The position numbers were made by a program, and so were the translations under genes. Under the pieces are notes generated by a model, which saw only the letters and a program-made list of their open reading frames with translations, was not told the origin of the DNA and did not search any database. Below, piece by piece: positions 9,030-17,049 of a stretch of 64,000 bases of DNA. The stretch comes from a virus, in IMG/VR virus record IMGVR_UViG_3300018080_000170, positions 6,394-70,393 of that record; one strand, written 5' to 3'. The first letter of the stretch is position 1, and every line of letters starts with the position of its first letter.

Positions 9030-9994
9030 GTATTAAAGTTTTCTGTGGAACTGCTTCAATGAGTCTTGCTAGCGACATAGTTGCAGATTTAAGTGTATTA
9101 CTTGGCCATTGTGTTACTTTGGGGGAGATGTCGGGGAAGCGTTTTGATGACAAAGAGCTGTTTGTAAAGGTAGAAGAAAGCGTAAGAGGAGAGGATGTAT
9201 TCGTTGTTCAATCTACTAGCTCACCAGCTAACGAAACTTTAATGGAGCTTCTGATTATAATTGATGCCCTAAAGAGAGCCTCGGCTGGCAGGGTAACAGC
9301 TGTGATTCCTTATTTTGGATATGCGCGACAAGATCGCAAAACCTCGCCTCGAACGGCGATTACAGCTAAATTGGTAGCAGATCTAATCACAGTCTCAGGA
9401 GCAGATCGAGTGATCACCATTGATCTTCATTCGCCTCAAATTCAAGGTTTTTTTAACATTCCAGTTGACCACCTTTTGGCCGGTCCGCTTTTTGTTAAGT
9501 ATATTGAAGAGCGCTATTCATGGGATGATAAACTTACGATTGTTTCGCCGGATGCCGGAGGAGCAGCGAGAGCTCATACATTTGCTAAATATTTAGGCGT
9601 TCCTTTGGCGGTGATGAGTAAGAGGCGGAATGAACATAATAAAGTCGAGACGATGGAAATTATTGGAGATGTAAAGGGAAGAGATATTTTTATCTTTGAT
9701 GATATGTGTGATACAGCTGGAACGCTGCTTATGGCGGCCGATGTGTTGAAAGAAAAAGGGGCGGAGGATGTGAGAGCAGCAGTCACTCATCCGGTGCTTT
9801 CTGGGTGGACGATGGATAGGATAGAACAGTCTGAATCATTAACAGAATTAATTATAACTGATACAATTAAGCTTGAAGAACGAATTGAAGATTCTGATAA
9901 GATTCAAATCGTTTCGGTGGCCGGGCTATTGGCACAGGCAATTAGATGTATTTATACTGATGACTCAATAGGAGCCTTATATAGCTATAAATAA
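9026..9994 (+). CDS. prs: Ribose-phosphate pyrophosphokinase (PRPP synthetase)
   Basis: PYFGYARQDRK, DLHSPQIQGFF, VSPDAGG and DDMCDTAGT motifs. Confidence 0.95.
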   Translation: MSIKVFCGTASMSLASDIVADLSVLLGHCVTLGEMSGKRFDDKELFVKVEESVRGEDVFVVQSTSSPANETLMELLIIIDALKRASAGRVTAVIPYFGYARQDRKTSPRTAITAKLVADLITVSGADRVITIDLHSPQIQGFFNIPVDHLLAGPLFVKYIEERYSWDDKLTIVSPDAGGAARAHTFAKYLGVPLAVMSKRRNEHNKVETMEIIGDVKGRDIFIFDDMCDTAGTLLMAADVLKEKGAEDVRAAVTHPVLSGWTMDRIEQSESLTELIITDTIKLEERIEDSDKIQIVSVAGLLAQAIRCIYTDDSIGALYSYK

Positions 9995-10017
9995 GCGGAG
10001 GCGTGTGCTCAAATATA

Positions 10018-10145
10018 GTGCTCGGATCCCTAGGTGGATGGGAGGGTTAGGTGTTAGGGCAAGCTATAGAAACCCATCACTCTCTATAGCCTCTGCGAAT
10101 ACGTCCACCCAATGGCCGTCCTAACACGTCCGTTGGGCCGAGCAC
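10018..10145 (+). ncRNA. Pseudoknotted structured RNA candidate
   Basis: Five nested helices plus a 10-bp crossing pairing (10051-10060 with 10118-10127) in a GC-rich intergenic gap. Confidence 0.6.
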
Positions 10146-10163
10146 AAAGAAAAAGGAAAGGGA

Positions 10164-10454
10164 ATGATTAAACGATTACTAGCACTGAACATAATGCTTA
10201 AGTTTCTGGATGTATATCTAACGCGGATTGCGTTAGGTATTGGAGGAAGAGAGGCTAATCCGATAGCTGATTTTCTCATGCAGATTCTAGGAGTTGATTG
10301 GGCTTTGTTACTATTATTTTGCTGGGTAGTAGCAATTATGACAATCATTGCTCAGTACTATTCTAAAGCAGTTTATGTACTTGGAATTATTGGTATTTTG
10401 CATGGCTCCGTTGTCTTGTGGAATAGTTATGTGATCTATAGACTTTTAGCTTGA
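10164..10454 (+). CDS. DUF5658-like small membrane protein
   Basis: D..LT...L..GG.EANP motif and three hydrophobic segments. Confidence 0.7.
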   Translation: MIKRLLALNIMLKFLDVYLTRIALGIGGREANPIADFLMQILGVDWALLLLFCWVVAIMTIIAQYYSKAVYVLGIIGILHGSVVLWNSYVIYRLLA

Positions 10455-10479
10455 TCTTTGGTCCGAAGTAGGATATAAT
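10451..10479 (+). promoter_or_regulatory. Sigma70-type promoter
   Basis: TTGATC-17 nt-TATAAT. Confidence 0.65.
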
Positions 10480-10499
10480 AAAGATAGAGGAGAAAGATC

Positions 10500-10790
10500 A
10501 TGAAGAGATTTTTGCTGTGCCCGCAGGATGGAGGGTTACACGATATAGAATGCGACGATCATAATGTCAAGATGACATACTCGGAGTTTGATAAAAGCTG
10601 GACTAAGCCCGGTGGTGTTTGTGGAAAGCTTCACGACCATGGGAATGGTCTTTCTATTAAGACAGATGGGGCTGAGTATAGGTGGGATTATTGTAAGGCG
10701 TATTACATCTTCACGATGTTGGAAGAGTATTATAAAGCGAGCGGTCAAGATCCTTATTGTCGAAAGTTTGAGGTGGAGGAAGTTAAATAG
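10500..10790 (+). CDS. Hypothetical protein
   Basis: GAGGAG RBS after the promoter. Confidence 0.7.
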   Translation: MKRFLLCPQDGGLHDIECDDHNVKMTYSEFDKSWTKPGGVCGKLHDHGNGLSIKTDGAEYRWDYCKAYYIFTMLEEYYKASGQDPYCRKFEVEEVK

Positions 10791-11290
10791 TGTCAGAAGT
10801 CTTCTTTACATCGGATCATCATTTCGGTCATACCAATATCATCAAACATACTAATCGTCCGTTTAAAAATGCTAATCAAATGAATGAACGCTTGATAGCT
10901 GAATGGAATACAATTGTTCGGCCAGATGATGTAGTTTATCATTTGGGCGATTTTGCCTGGGGTAATAACGCAGAGAGAATTGGTTCGTTCATAAAAAGAT
11001 TAAATGGGAACAAACATTTGGTTCTCGGTAATCATGATAAATTGAAACCTTTTTCATATGTTGAGGCTGGCTTTCTGAGCGTGCATACCAGTCTAGAGTT
11101 TAATGGTATTTATTTGGCTCATGATCCGGCTGTTAAAGTAGCCTTACAGAAAGGTGATTGGTTAATTCATGGACACATTCATAATCTATGGAAAATAGAA
11201 GAGGATAAGAAACTGATTAATGTATCAGTGGAAGTTTGGGACTATAAACCGGTTATGTACGAAACCTTACGATGTATAATAAAGGAGTAA
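10790..11290 (+). CDS. Calcineurin-like metallophosphoesterase
   Basis: SDHHFGH, LGDF, GNHD and HGHIH motifs. Confidence 0.9.
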   Translation: MSEVFFTSDHHFGHTNIIKHTNRPFKNANQMNERLIAEWNTIVRPDDVVYHLGDFAWGNNAERIGSFIKRLNGNKHLVLGNHDKLKPFSYVEAGFLSVHTSLEFNGIYLAHDPAVKVALQKGDWLIHGHIHNLWKIEEDKKLINVSVEVWDYKPVMYETLRCIIKE

Positions 11291-11349
11291 ATCCGCCCTG
11301 TAAAGGGTATTATAAAAGTCGCTCCGTCGGGAGCAATGTACAAGACATA

Positions 11350-11450
11350 GCGCTGGGGCGAGGCTGGCTCGCCCAACCCGGGTTCTAGAACTGGGTAAGT
11401 GCACAGGGTTTTAGCGCAGAGTTCGCTAGAAGTTAGTCAGACCCCAGCGC
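11350..11450 (+). ncRNA. Multibranch (tRNA-like) structured RNA candidate
   Basis: Perfect 9-bp closing stem GCGCTGGGG/CCCCAGCGC enclosing three hairpins. Confidence 0.55.
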
Positions 11451-11473
11451 CCTTATTTGAGGAGGAGAGGAAA

Positions 11474-11716
11474 GTGGCCAATAAGGAAATAAATACGGGA
11501 GGAATTAGCGTTACTGGGCTACTGGGAGTTGCTTTTGTCGTGTTGAAGTTGACGGGAGTAATTGATTGGTCTTGGGGTTGGGTGCTAGCGCCATTTTGGA
11601 TTCCACTAGTTATATTTTTGACGATTTTCGCAATGGCAATTGTGGGATTTGTGGTATTTGCTCTTGGCAAAGCGTATATGCAACAAAGACGAGATAAGAG
11701 GAGGTATGGACGATGA
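11474..11716 (+). CDS. Phage two-TM membrane protein
   Basis: LKLTGVIDWSW.WVLAPFW family motif; GTG start with strong RBS. Confidence 0.75.
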   Translation: MANKEINTGGISVTGLLGVAFVVLKLTGVIDWSWGWVLAPFWIPLVIFLTIFAMAIVGFVVFALGKAYMQQRRDKRRYGR

Positions 11717-12258
11717 GGAGAGCATTATTTGCAGTTACGTTAATCTTGATGGGCTTATTTTTAATTAGCTGTGGAAGCGAGAAGATCGTTGAAACAGTTA
11801 CTAATAATGGACCACAAGGTGAACAAGGAGAAATGGGAGAGCCGGGCGAAACGGTTGTTGTAGAGGTTCCAACTCTACCGGAGTTTGTTGGTGAGTATTA
11901 TTTGCCATTTTCTGGCTATGTTATCATCAATGTGAACCATGAGGATGAATACTCTGTTACAGCTCGCTATGAAACATTGAACCCAGACGACTCTATTTGC
12001 GTGTTATCTCTGAATGGAAGTACAATTGATTTGCATAATGATATCTTGCTGTATGGAGCAACAGTGAGCCTTGTTAGCGGAAATTGTGATGACGATACTA
12101 CAGGAGCAGCTTTATCGACTGGCTCAGGTCGAAACTACCGATATGAAGTAGTGATTGGCTTTAATGATGATGATTTGCTAACAGTTAACTTGCAAGTGTT
12201 TCAGACCCGCAATGGGGTGACAACTCGAGTTATTAACCGAGATATGGTTGAGGAATAA
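11713..12258 (+). CDS. Lipoprotein with short collagen-like linker
   Basis: Lipobox LISC; GPQGEQGEMGEPG. Confidence 0.7.
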   Translation: MRRALFAVTLILMGLFLISCGSEKIVETVTNNGPQGEQGEMGEPGETVVVEVPTLPEFVGEYYLPFSGYVIINVNHEDEYSVTARYETLNPDDSICVLSLNGSTIDLHNDILLYGATVSLVSGNCDDDTTGAALSTGSGRNYRYEVVIGFNDDDLLTVNLQVFQTRNGVTTRVINRDMVEE

Positions 12259-12259
12259 A

Positions 12260-12592
12260 ATGAAACTAGAAGAACTGAAAGATTTTTATCTTATTTTGGT
12301 TAATGAAGAAGACAATCTTGTTTGTCAGAATACTAGTTATCTTTCCAAAGATTGCGCAATCAATGAAAATTGCTGTATCTCAGCACAATATTTGCATACT
12401 AGCGAAGAAGGGTACGATGGATGCCCGAGTATAAATTACGGAGATTTTCATAAGTGGGAAGCCTATGAGTATTTTACTCAAGCTTTTGAGAATGTAAAAT
12501 CGCCTGAAACAAAAATTACTTTACTATATCAAATGTTGTTAAGAACAACTCGTCAGCTGCAAGAGCTTAGATGTCAGTTAAGGAGCGTATAA
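12260..12592 (+). CDS. Hypothetical protein
   Basis: GAGGA RBS. Confidence 0.6.
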   Translation: MKLEELKDFYLILVNEEDNLVCQNTSYLSKDCAINENCCISAQYLHTSEEGYDGCPSINYGDFHKWEAYEYFTQAFENVKSPETKITLLYQMLLRTTRQLQELRCQLRSV

Positions 12593-12774
12593 TGACAGCC
12601 TGGAAAGCAGCACCTACAAAGCGCGAAACAGGGAGACCTCGTAAGAAGTGCCCTAAGTGCGGTAATGATATGATTGTAGCTAAAAAGGCTGAAAATTGGA
12701 AGTCTATTTGGATGTGCGAGAAGTGTGATCATAGGATGCCCAAAGTTAAGGGAGATGTGGAGTATTGGAAATGA
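12592..12774 (+). CDS. Small Zn-ribbon protein
   Basis: CPKC...CEKC; AAGGAG RBS. Confidence 0.6.
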   Translation: MTAWKAAPTKRETGRPRKKCPKCGNDMIVAKKAENWKSIWMCEKCDHRMPKVKGDVEYWK

Positions 12775-12989
12775 AGATTTATGGCGTACTAAACGACTGG
12801 GATTGTAAGGAACTTTACTACAAGACCAAAAAAGCAGCACGGGAAGCTGCTGAGCGTATTTGTGACCGAATGAATAAAAAACATCGTGGAACTAAAACGA
12901 TTGTGCTTGATTTTACAAAACGCACGTCTCCAAAAGAAGAAAGCGAGACGTGCGTTTCAATCTTTGAGCACACTGTGAGGGAAAAATGA
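12765..12989 (+). CDS. Hypothetical protein
   Basis: Overlapping operon ORF. Confidence 0.55.
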   Translation: MEMKIYGVLNDWDCKELYYKTKKAAREAAERICDRMNKKHRGTKTIVLDFTKRTSPKEESETCVSIFEHTVREK

Positions 12990-13240
12990 TTAAGTATATC
13001 TTGATCGTGTTAACAGGATTATTGCTTCTCTGTATAATGAACGTGGTAAGGGCAGATGTAGGGGATGTTTGCATTAATTATAGTGAAATGATGTCAGCAT
13101 GTACTCAGCTTTGTCGTTTTAAGGGAATGGAAAGAACCGGTTTTGATTTTACAGGAGAGGTGAATATAAATTTAATGACTGGGACTAAGAGGTGTATTTG
13201 TGAAAAAGCAAAGAAGAAAGACACCGACAAAGGTAATTAA
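12986..13240 (+). CDS. Small secreted Cys-rich protein
   Basis: Signal-peptide-like N-terminus; several Cys residues. Confidence 0.55.
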   Translation: MIKYILIVLTGLLLLCIMNVVRADVGDVCINYSEMMSACTQLCRFKGMERTGFDFTGEVNINLMTGTKRCICEKAKKKDTDKGN

Positions 13241-13970
13241 ATTCCCAGATTTAAAGAAACCTCGTTTATCGCTAAGGCAGCGATTTCTTGAGAACTTTTG
13301 GTTACAAATTCTTGTGAGACTTATCTTGTTAATGGCAACCTTATATTTAATTGTTAGTTTGATTGGCTGTGGAGAAGATCTCAGTAATTGCGGAAAGGAA
13401 AGTTTTCCGGCAACATTCTATGTTCACAGCGATTTTCCTGAGGAACGTATCCAGTATATTGAAGAGGCAATGGAATTGTGGAACCAGGCTTTAGGAAAAG
13501 AGGTTTTTAAATATGGCGGCCGCTCTGATGATCCTTATGATACGGATGATTATATTAATACAATTCAGTGGTTAGGAGACGAACTAAGTGATGAAGCCGC
13601 AGGGGATGCAGTTTGGTGGATAGGTTGTGGAGCAAAAATAAGATGCGATGTTAGAGTAAAAAAATATGGATTTGGGGTTCCCAAAACAAATGAGGATGGA
13701 TCAAGAACATATTACGCTGATATGGGAAATGATTATCTTCGAGCTTTAATAATGCATGAGCTCGGACATTGTATGAATTTACGACACACAGAGAATAAGT
13801 TCGATATTATGTATGGTGATGGAATCTATAATCCTAGCGGTGAATACGAATTGAGTATATTTGATATTGAGAGAGCAAAGAAAGAGCTTGGTTTAAGCGA
13901 GGAGATTTACTACGAGAATGGACAGCCTAATCGAACTAATCTCTGCGTAACAAAAACATTTTCGGAGTAA
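13200..13970 (+). CDS. Membrane-anchored matrixin-like (metzincin) Zn-metalloprotease
   Basis: HELGHCMNLRH zinc motif, Met-turn DIMY, TM segment ending LIGC. Confidence 0.85.
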   Translation: MKKQRRKTPTKVIKFPDLKKPRLSLRQRFLENFWLQILVRLILLMATLYLIVSLIGCGEDLSNCGKESFPATFYVHSDFPEERIQYIEEAMELWNQALGKEVFKYGGRSDDPYDTDDYINTIQWLGDELSDEAAGDAVWWIGCGAKIRCDVRVKKYGFGVPKTNEDGSRTYYADMGNDYLRALIMHELGHCMNLRHTENKFDIMYGDGIYNPSGEYELSIFDIERAKKELGLSEEIYYENGQPNRTNLCVTKTFSE

Positions 13971-14552
13971 GTGGTGAGAGAGATAATAAAAGCATTGAAA
14001 GACATTGAACCAAAAACGGGACTGTGGCAAAAAATCTATCTATCCGATTGGTTTGATGTGATCTATAGACCCTATTGTAGGGTGTGGCATTTCTGTTCTA
14101 CGATTAAGAAAATGTTTATATATTTCCCACTTATTTGGCGCGACCAAGATTGGGATGCTGATTTTCTATATGAGATGATGGAATTTAAGATGGAGCGGAT
14201 GCTGAAAGCTCTCAAAGAAGGAAGTGCCGAACATGATAAGGATACTCTACAGGCTCTCAGGATTTGTGCTCGCATTATGCATCGCCTAAGTCACAGGTGG
14301 GAGTATCATGATCGTATTTGGGCTCGTCATGATGAGAAGTGGGGTAATATTAAATCTCGTTTCGGTCCCTCGCGCGAGGATGGACTCCGCCAGTGGATCG
14401 TGGAAAGAGAGAATGTCAAAACTCCTGAGGACGAAGAGCAAGAAAGAAAAGATATGTTTGAGTGTATAGAAATGGAAGAAAAGATTGTGTCAAGAGATCT
14501 AAAGATATTTGGTAAGTTGTTTGCCAAATATTCAAGATCATGGTGGGACTGA
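13971..14552 (+). CDS. Conserved phage hypothetical protein
   Basis: PLIW.D.DWD motif and C-terminal WWD. Confidence 0.7.
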   Translation: MVREIIKALKDIEPKTGLWQKIYLSDWFDVIYRPYCRVWHFCSTIKKMFIYFPLIWRDQDWDADFLYEMMEFKMERMLKALKEGSAEHDKDTLQALRICARIMHRLSHRWEYHDRIWARHDEKWGNIKSRFGPSREDGLRQWIVERENVKTPEDEEQERKDMFECIEMEEKIVSRDLKIFGKLFAKYSRSWWD

Positions 14553-14761
14553 TCATGAAAAAGACATTTACGCTTACGTTTGTGGCCGATGAATCATTTA
14601 CAATGGAGCAGTTGGACAATCTTTTGTGGGATGCTGGATATAGAAATGAGCTCTATTTTCCAGTTGACAAGACTTCTCATCCAGTAATGAAGGTAGAAAA
14701 ACGCAATGAAAACAAAAATAAAGGTACTCATCGCGCTGGTTTTTTTGACACTGGCGTCTAA
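14540..14761 (+). CDS. Hypothetical protein (start uncertain)
   Basis: Operon ORF. Confidence 0.5.
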   Translation: MVGLIMKKTFTLTFVADESFTMEQLDNLLWDAGYRNELYFPVDKTSHPVMKVEKRNENKNKGTHRAGFFDTGV

Positions 14762-15017
14762 TGTGTATTCTTTTGACCACGAAGATAAACTATATCATGC
14801 TGGTGGGTCTTTTGCGATTAACCATGTTCTATATGTAGTCTGCAAAAACCAATTGAAATTTAGCAAGAATGAGTGTATAATAGGGAGTAGTGTGGTTACT
14901 ATGGGATTGGGGCTGGCAAAGGAATACGTTAAAGATCCTCAAGCAGATCCCTATGATATCTTAGCTAACTCAGGAGGCATCGGGCTATCAATCCCGTTTC
15001 TTATCTGGGAGTATTAA
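14706..15017 (+). CDS. YfiM/VanZ-like small membrane protein
   Basis: DK.YH...S, AKE..D and D..AN..G motifs after a signal peptide. Confidence 0.6.
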   Translation: MKTKIKVLIALVFLTLASNVYSFDHEDKLYHAGGSFAINHVLYVVCKNQLKFSKNECIIGSSVVTMGLGLAKEYVKDPQADPYDILANSGGIGLSIPFLIWEY

Positions 15018-15209
15018 ATGCCGAAATGCTACGTCCGAGAGAAGGACGAAAATGGTAAATGGGTCAACACTCCGTTTGACACCTATGAAGAAGCATCAGA
15101 GTATGTAGATAGGAAATATTGCAAATGGGAGTGGGAGGAGCGTCAAAAGAAGAAGGAAAGGAAAGAATCCAAACAGTCAAAACTACAGGATGTGACTTTT
15201 AACAAATAA
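15018..15209 (+). CDS. Hypothetical protein
   Basis: GGGAG RBS. Confidence 0.55.
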   Translation: MPKCYVREKDENGKWVNTPFDTYEEASEYVDRKYCKWEWEERQKKKERKESKQSKLQDVTFNK

Positions 15210-15256
15210 TTTAATTATCTTCGGAAATCCGGTATAATAATAATCGTATATGAGGT

Positions 15257-15344
15257 TCAACTCGTCAGGATCTTACAACACTGAGATTGTAATTATTCTT
15301 GAGCCAAAACAGTAACGCAGTCATAGTTGGCGTGGACGAATTGA
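15257..15344 (+). ncRNA. Three-way-junction structured RNA candidate, copy B
   Basis: Stems TCGTC/GACGA, AGGAT/ATTCT, GCCAA/TTGGC with the same TGA and GTG junctions as copy A; TATAAT at 15233-15238. Confidence 0.65.
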
Positions 15345-15371
15345 TACAACAATAAAAAAAAGGAAAAGCCT

Positions 15372-15653
15372 ATGAAACAATTCAAGACCGACAATCTTGC
15401 ACTATGTCCTTATTTGGAGATGGAAGGACTTAAGTATTCTCACGCCGAGTGGGGAATGGGAAAAAATAATAAGTCTAAAGTTTATTTTGTTTTTAATGAT
15501 GAAAAAGGTACCGGTCGAGATCTAGAAATTAGCTTCAGATTCTCTGACTTTAAGAAGTACAGAGATCTGGGGTTCTTTTATAGAGCGGAGATTGAAAAGC
15601 TTCGCCGTGAGAACAAAGAAGAAGATTTGAAGAAAAATAAAGGGAACAAGTAA
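15372..15653 (+). CDS. DUF5659-like protein
   Basis: F.T.NL.L..YL...G and VYFVF pattern. Confidence 0.6.
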   Translation: MKQFKTDNLALCPYLEMEGLKYSHAEWGMGKNNKSKVYFVFNDEKGTGRDLEISFRFSDFKKYRDLGFFYRAEIEKLRRENKEEDLKKNKGNK

Positions 15654-16021
15654 TGGGAAGTCAAAAAGCTAGAAATGAGAGAGTAATCCAAAATTTGCAA
15701 ATGGAAGATAGCGCTTTTGCCCGTCGTGGAGTAGACGTCGGATTTGTTCCAAGGTCTATGGGCTCGGTTCCGGCTGCCGAAATTGAGGCTGGCAAAAGAA
15801 CGTCCGTTCGTATTGCTAATGCGTCCGGAGGAACTATTTATGTTGCTATCGGCGATACCGGAATGGCAGCCCCTACTGGAATGACTGATGGAGTAGCAAT
15901 TTTTGATGGAACAACTCTTGTGATTAATACTGGCCCTGATCACAGATTTGTTCGTTTTGACGGCGCTCAAGCAGCAGCACAGTATGTAATTTATGATTCC
16001 GACACCGAAGGTGAATCATAA
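15653..16021 (+). CDS. Small beta-rich putative virion protein
   Basis: R.SV.I.N.S..TIYV..G pattern typical of small phage decoration proteins. Confidence 0.5.
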   Translation: MGSQKARNERVIQNLQMEDSAFARRGVDVGFVPRSMGSVPAAEIEAGKRTSVRIANASGGTIYVAIGDTGMAAPTGMTDGVAIFDGTTLVINTGPDHRFVRFDGAQAAAQYVIYDSDTEGES

Positions 16022-16069
16022 TTGTATAATAAAATAATATCACAATAAAATTACCAAGGAGGTAAGATT

Positions 16070-16540
16070 ATGAAGAATGCAGTATTTGCGTCCGATGATT
16101 TTATGGTTGCGCTCAAGGATTTGTCTGAAAAGGATGTTCCTGTTCGCACAGCTTATAGGCTGAAGAAAATTCTTGATCAGGTGGGAAGGTCACTTGAGCT
16201 TTACAATAAAACACGAACTCAGATCCTCGAAAAGCATTGTATTAAGTGGGAAGAGGATGATGAGGAGAAAGGCGCAGTTAAAGGGAAGCCAAAGATTGAG
16301 AATAGTCAATACGTCTTTTCGCCGGAAGCTACAAAAGATCTGGCAAAAGATCTCGATGATCTTCTCAATATTGAGTTTGTAATTGATGACACAATTAAGC
16401 TTGAAGATCTTGGTGATGTTAAGGTTGCAACGAAGACCTTGATTCTTCTTGATGAAGTTTTTGAGGAATTCAAGAACGAGAAGAAGAAAGAGAAGAAGGA
16501 AGCCAAGAAGAGCAAGCCCAAGAAAGTAGCTGAAGGGTAA
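16070..16540 (+). CDS. DUF1617-like phage protein
   Basis: VPVRTAYRLKK...R..ILEK pattern; AGGAGG RBS. Confidence 0.6.
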   Translation: MKNAVFASDDFMVALKDLSEKDVPVRTAYRLKKILDQVGRSLELYNKTRTQILEKHCIKWEEDDEEKGAVKGKPKIENSQYVFSPEATKDLAKDLDDLLNIEFVIDDTIKLEDLGDVKVATKTLILLDEVFEEFKNEKKKEKKEAKKSKPKKVAEG

Positions 16541-17049
16541 TGCCGCATAAAGTAAAGGATGCGCCGGATAAAACTAAAACCCGGCTTATTTACGATAGTT
16601 GTTATAATGTGATTGAGATACGCGAGTTCTCCTATCTGGCCAAGTTAGGGGAACGTCGCGTTAAAGTCACACGTTTTAAGTATGACGATAATTGCTGTTT
16701 GCTGTCGCGCATTATTCCTCGCACGACAACAGATGCTGTTACGTATGAAGATTTAGGAGTCCCACCTAAGCCTGTTATTACAGGAACTGTTCCTGCTTCT
16801 CCAAATGTAGCTACTACGATTACAGTTGATGGAACGTGTACAGCTGATAATGGAGATGTGGTTCATATCTACGCGGATGGGGAAAGACTAAAAGAAACTG
16901 GAGCTATTGCTGCCAATGCTTTTTCTTTTTCGATTGATTTAGCCGCAGTTGGATATACAGCTCCGGCTAATATTAATTTAACAGTGAGAGTACAGAACTT
17001 GGAAGGAGAGTCGGAATATTCTGATCCTCTAATTTACAATTTAATTTAA
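16540..17049 (+). CDS. Protein with C-terminal Ig-like domain
   Basis: P.P.IT...TVDGT...V.IYADG...G.ESEYS pattern. Confidence 0.55.
   Translation: MPHKVKDAPDKTKTRLIYDSCYNVIEIREFSYLAKLGERRVKVTRFKYDDNCCLLSRIIPRTTTDAVTYEDLGVPPKPVITGTVPASPNVATTITVDGTCTADNGDVVHIYADGERLKETGAIAANAFSFSIDLAAVGYTAPANINLTVRVQNLEGESEYSDPLIYNLI

Noticed and set aside
10090-10110. GCGAAT before a helix, resembling HDV-like ribozyme J4/2
   Set aside because: No P3/L3 with the CC needed for P1.1, and the helix order does not fit the HDV fold.
11355-11375. GGGGCGAGGCTGGCTCG resembling a tmRNA 5' end
   Set aside because: No T-arm or CCA 3' end, no tag reading frame, and far too short.
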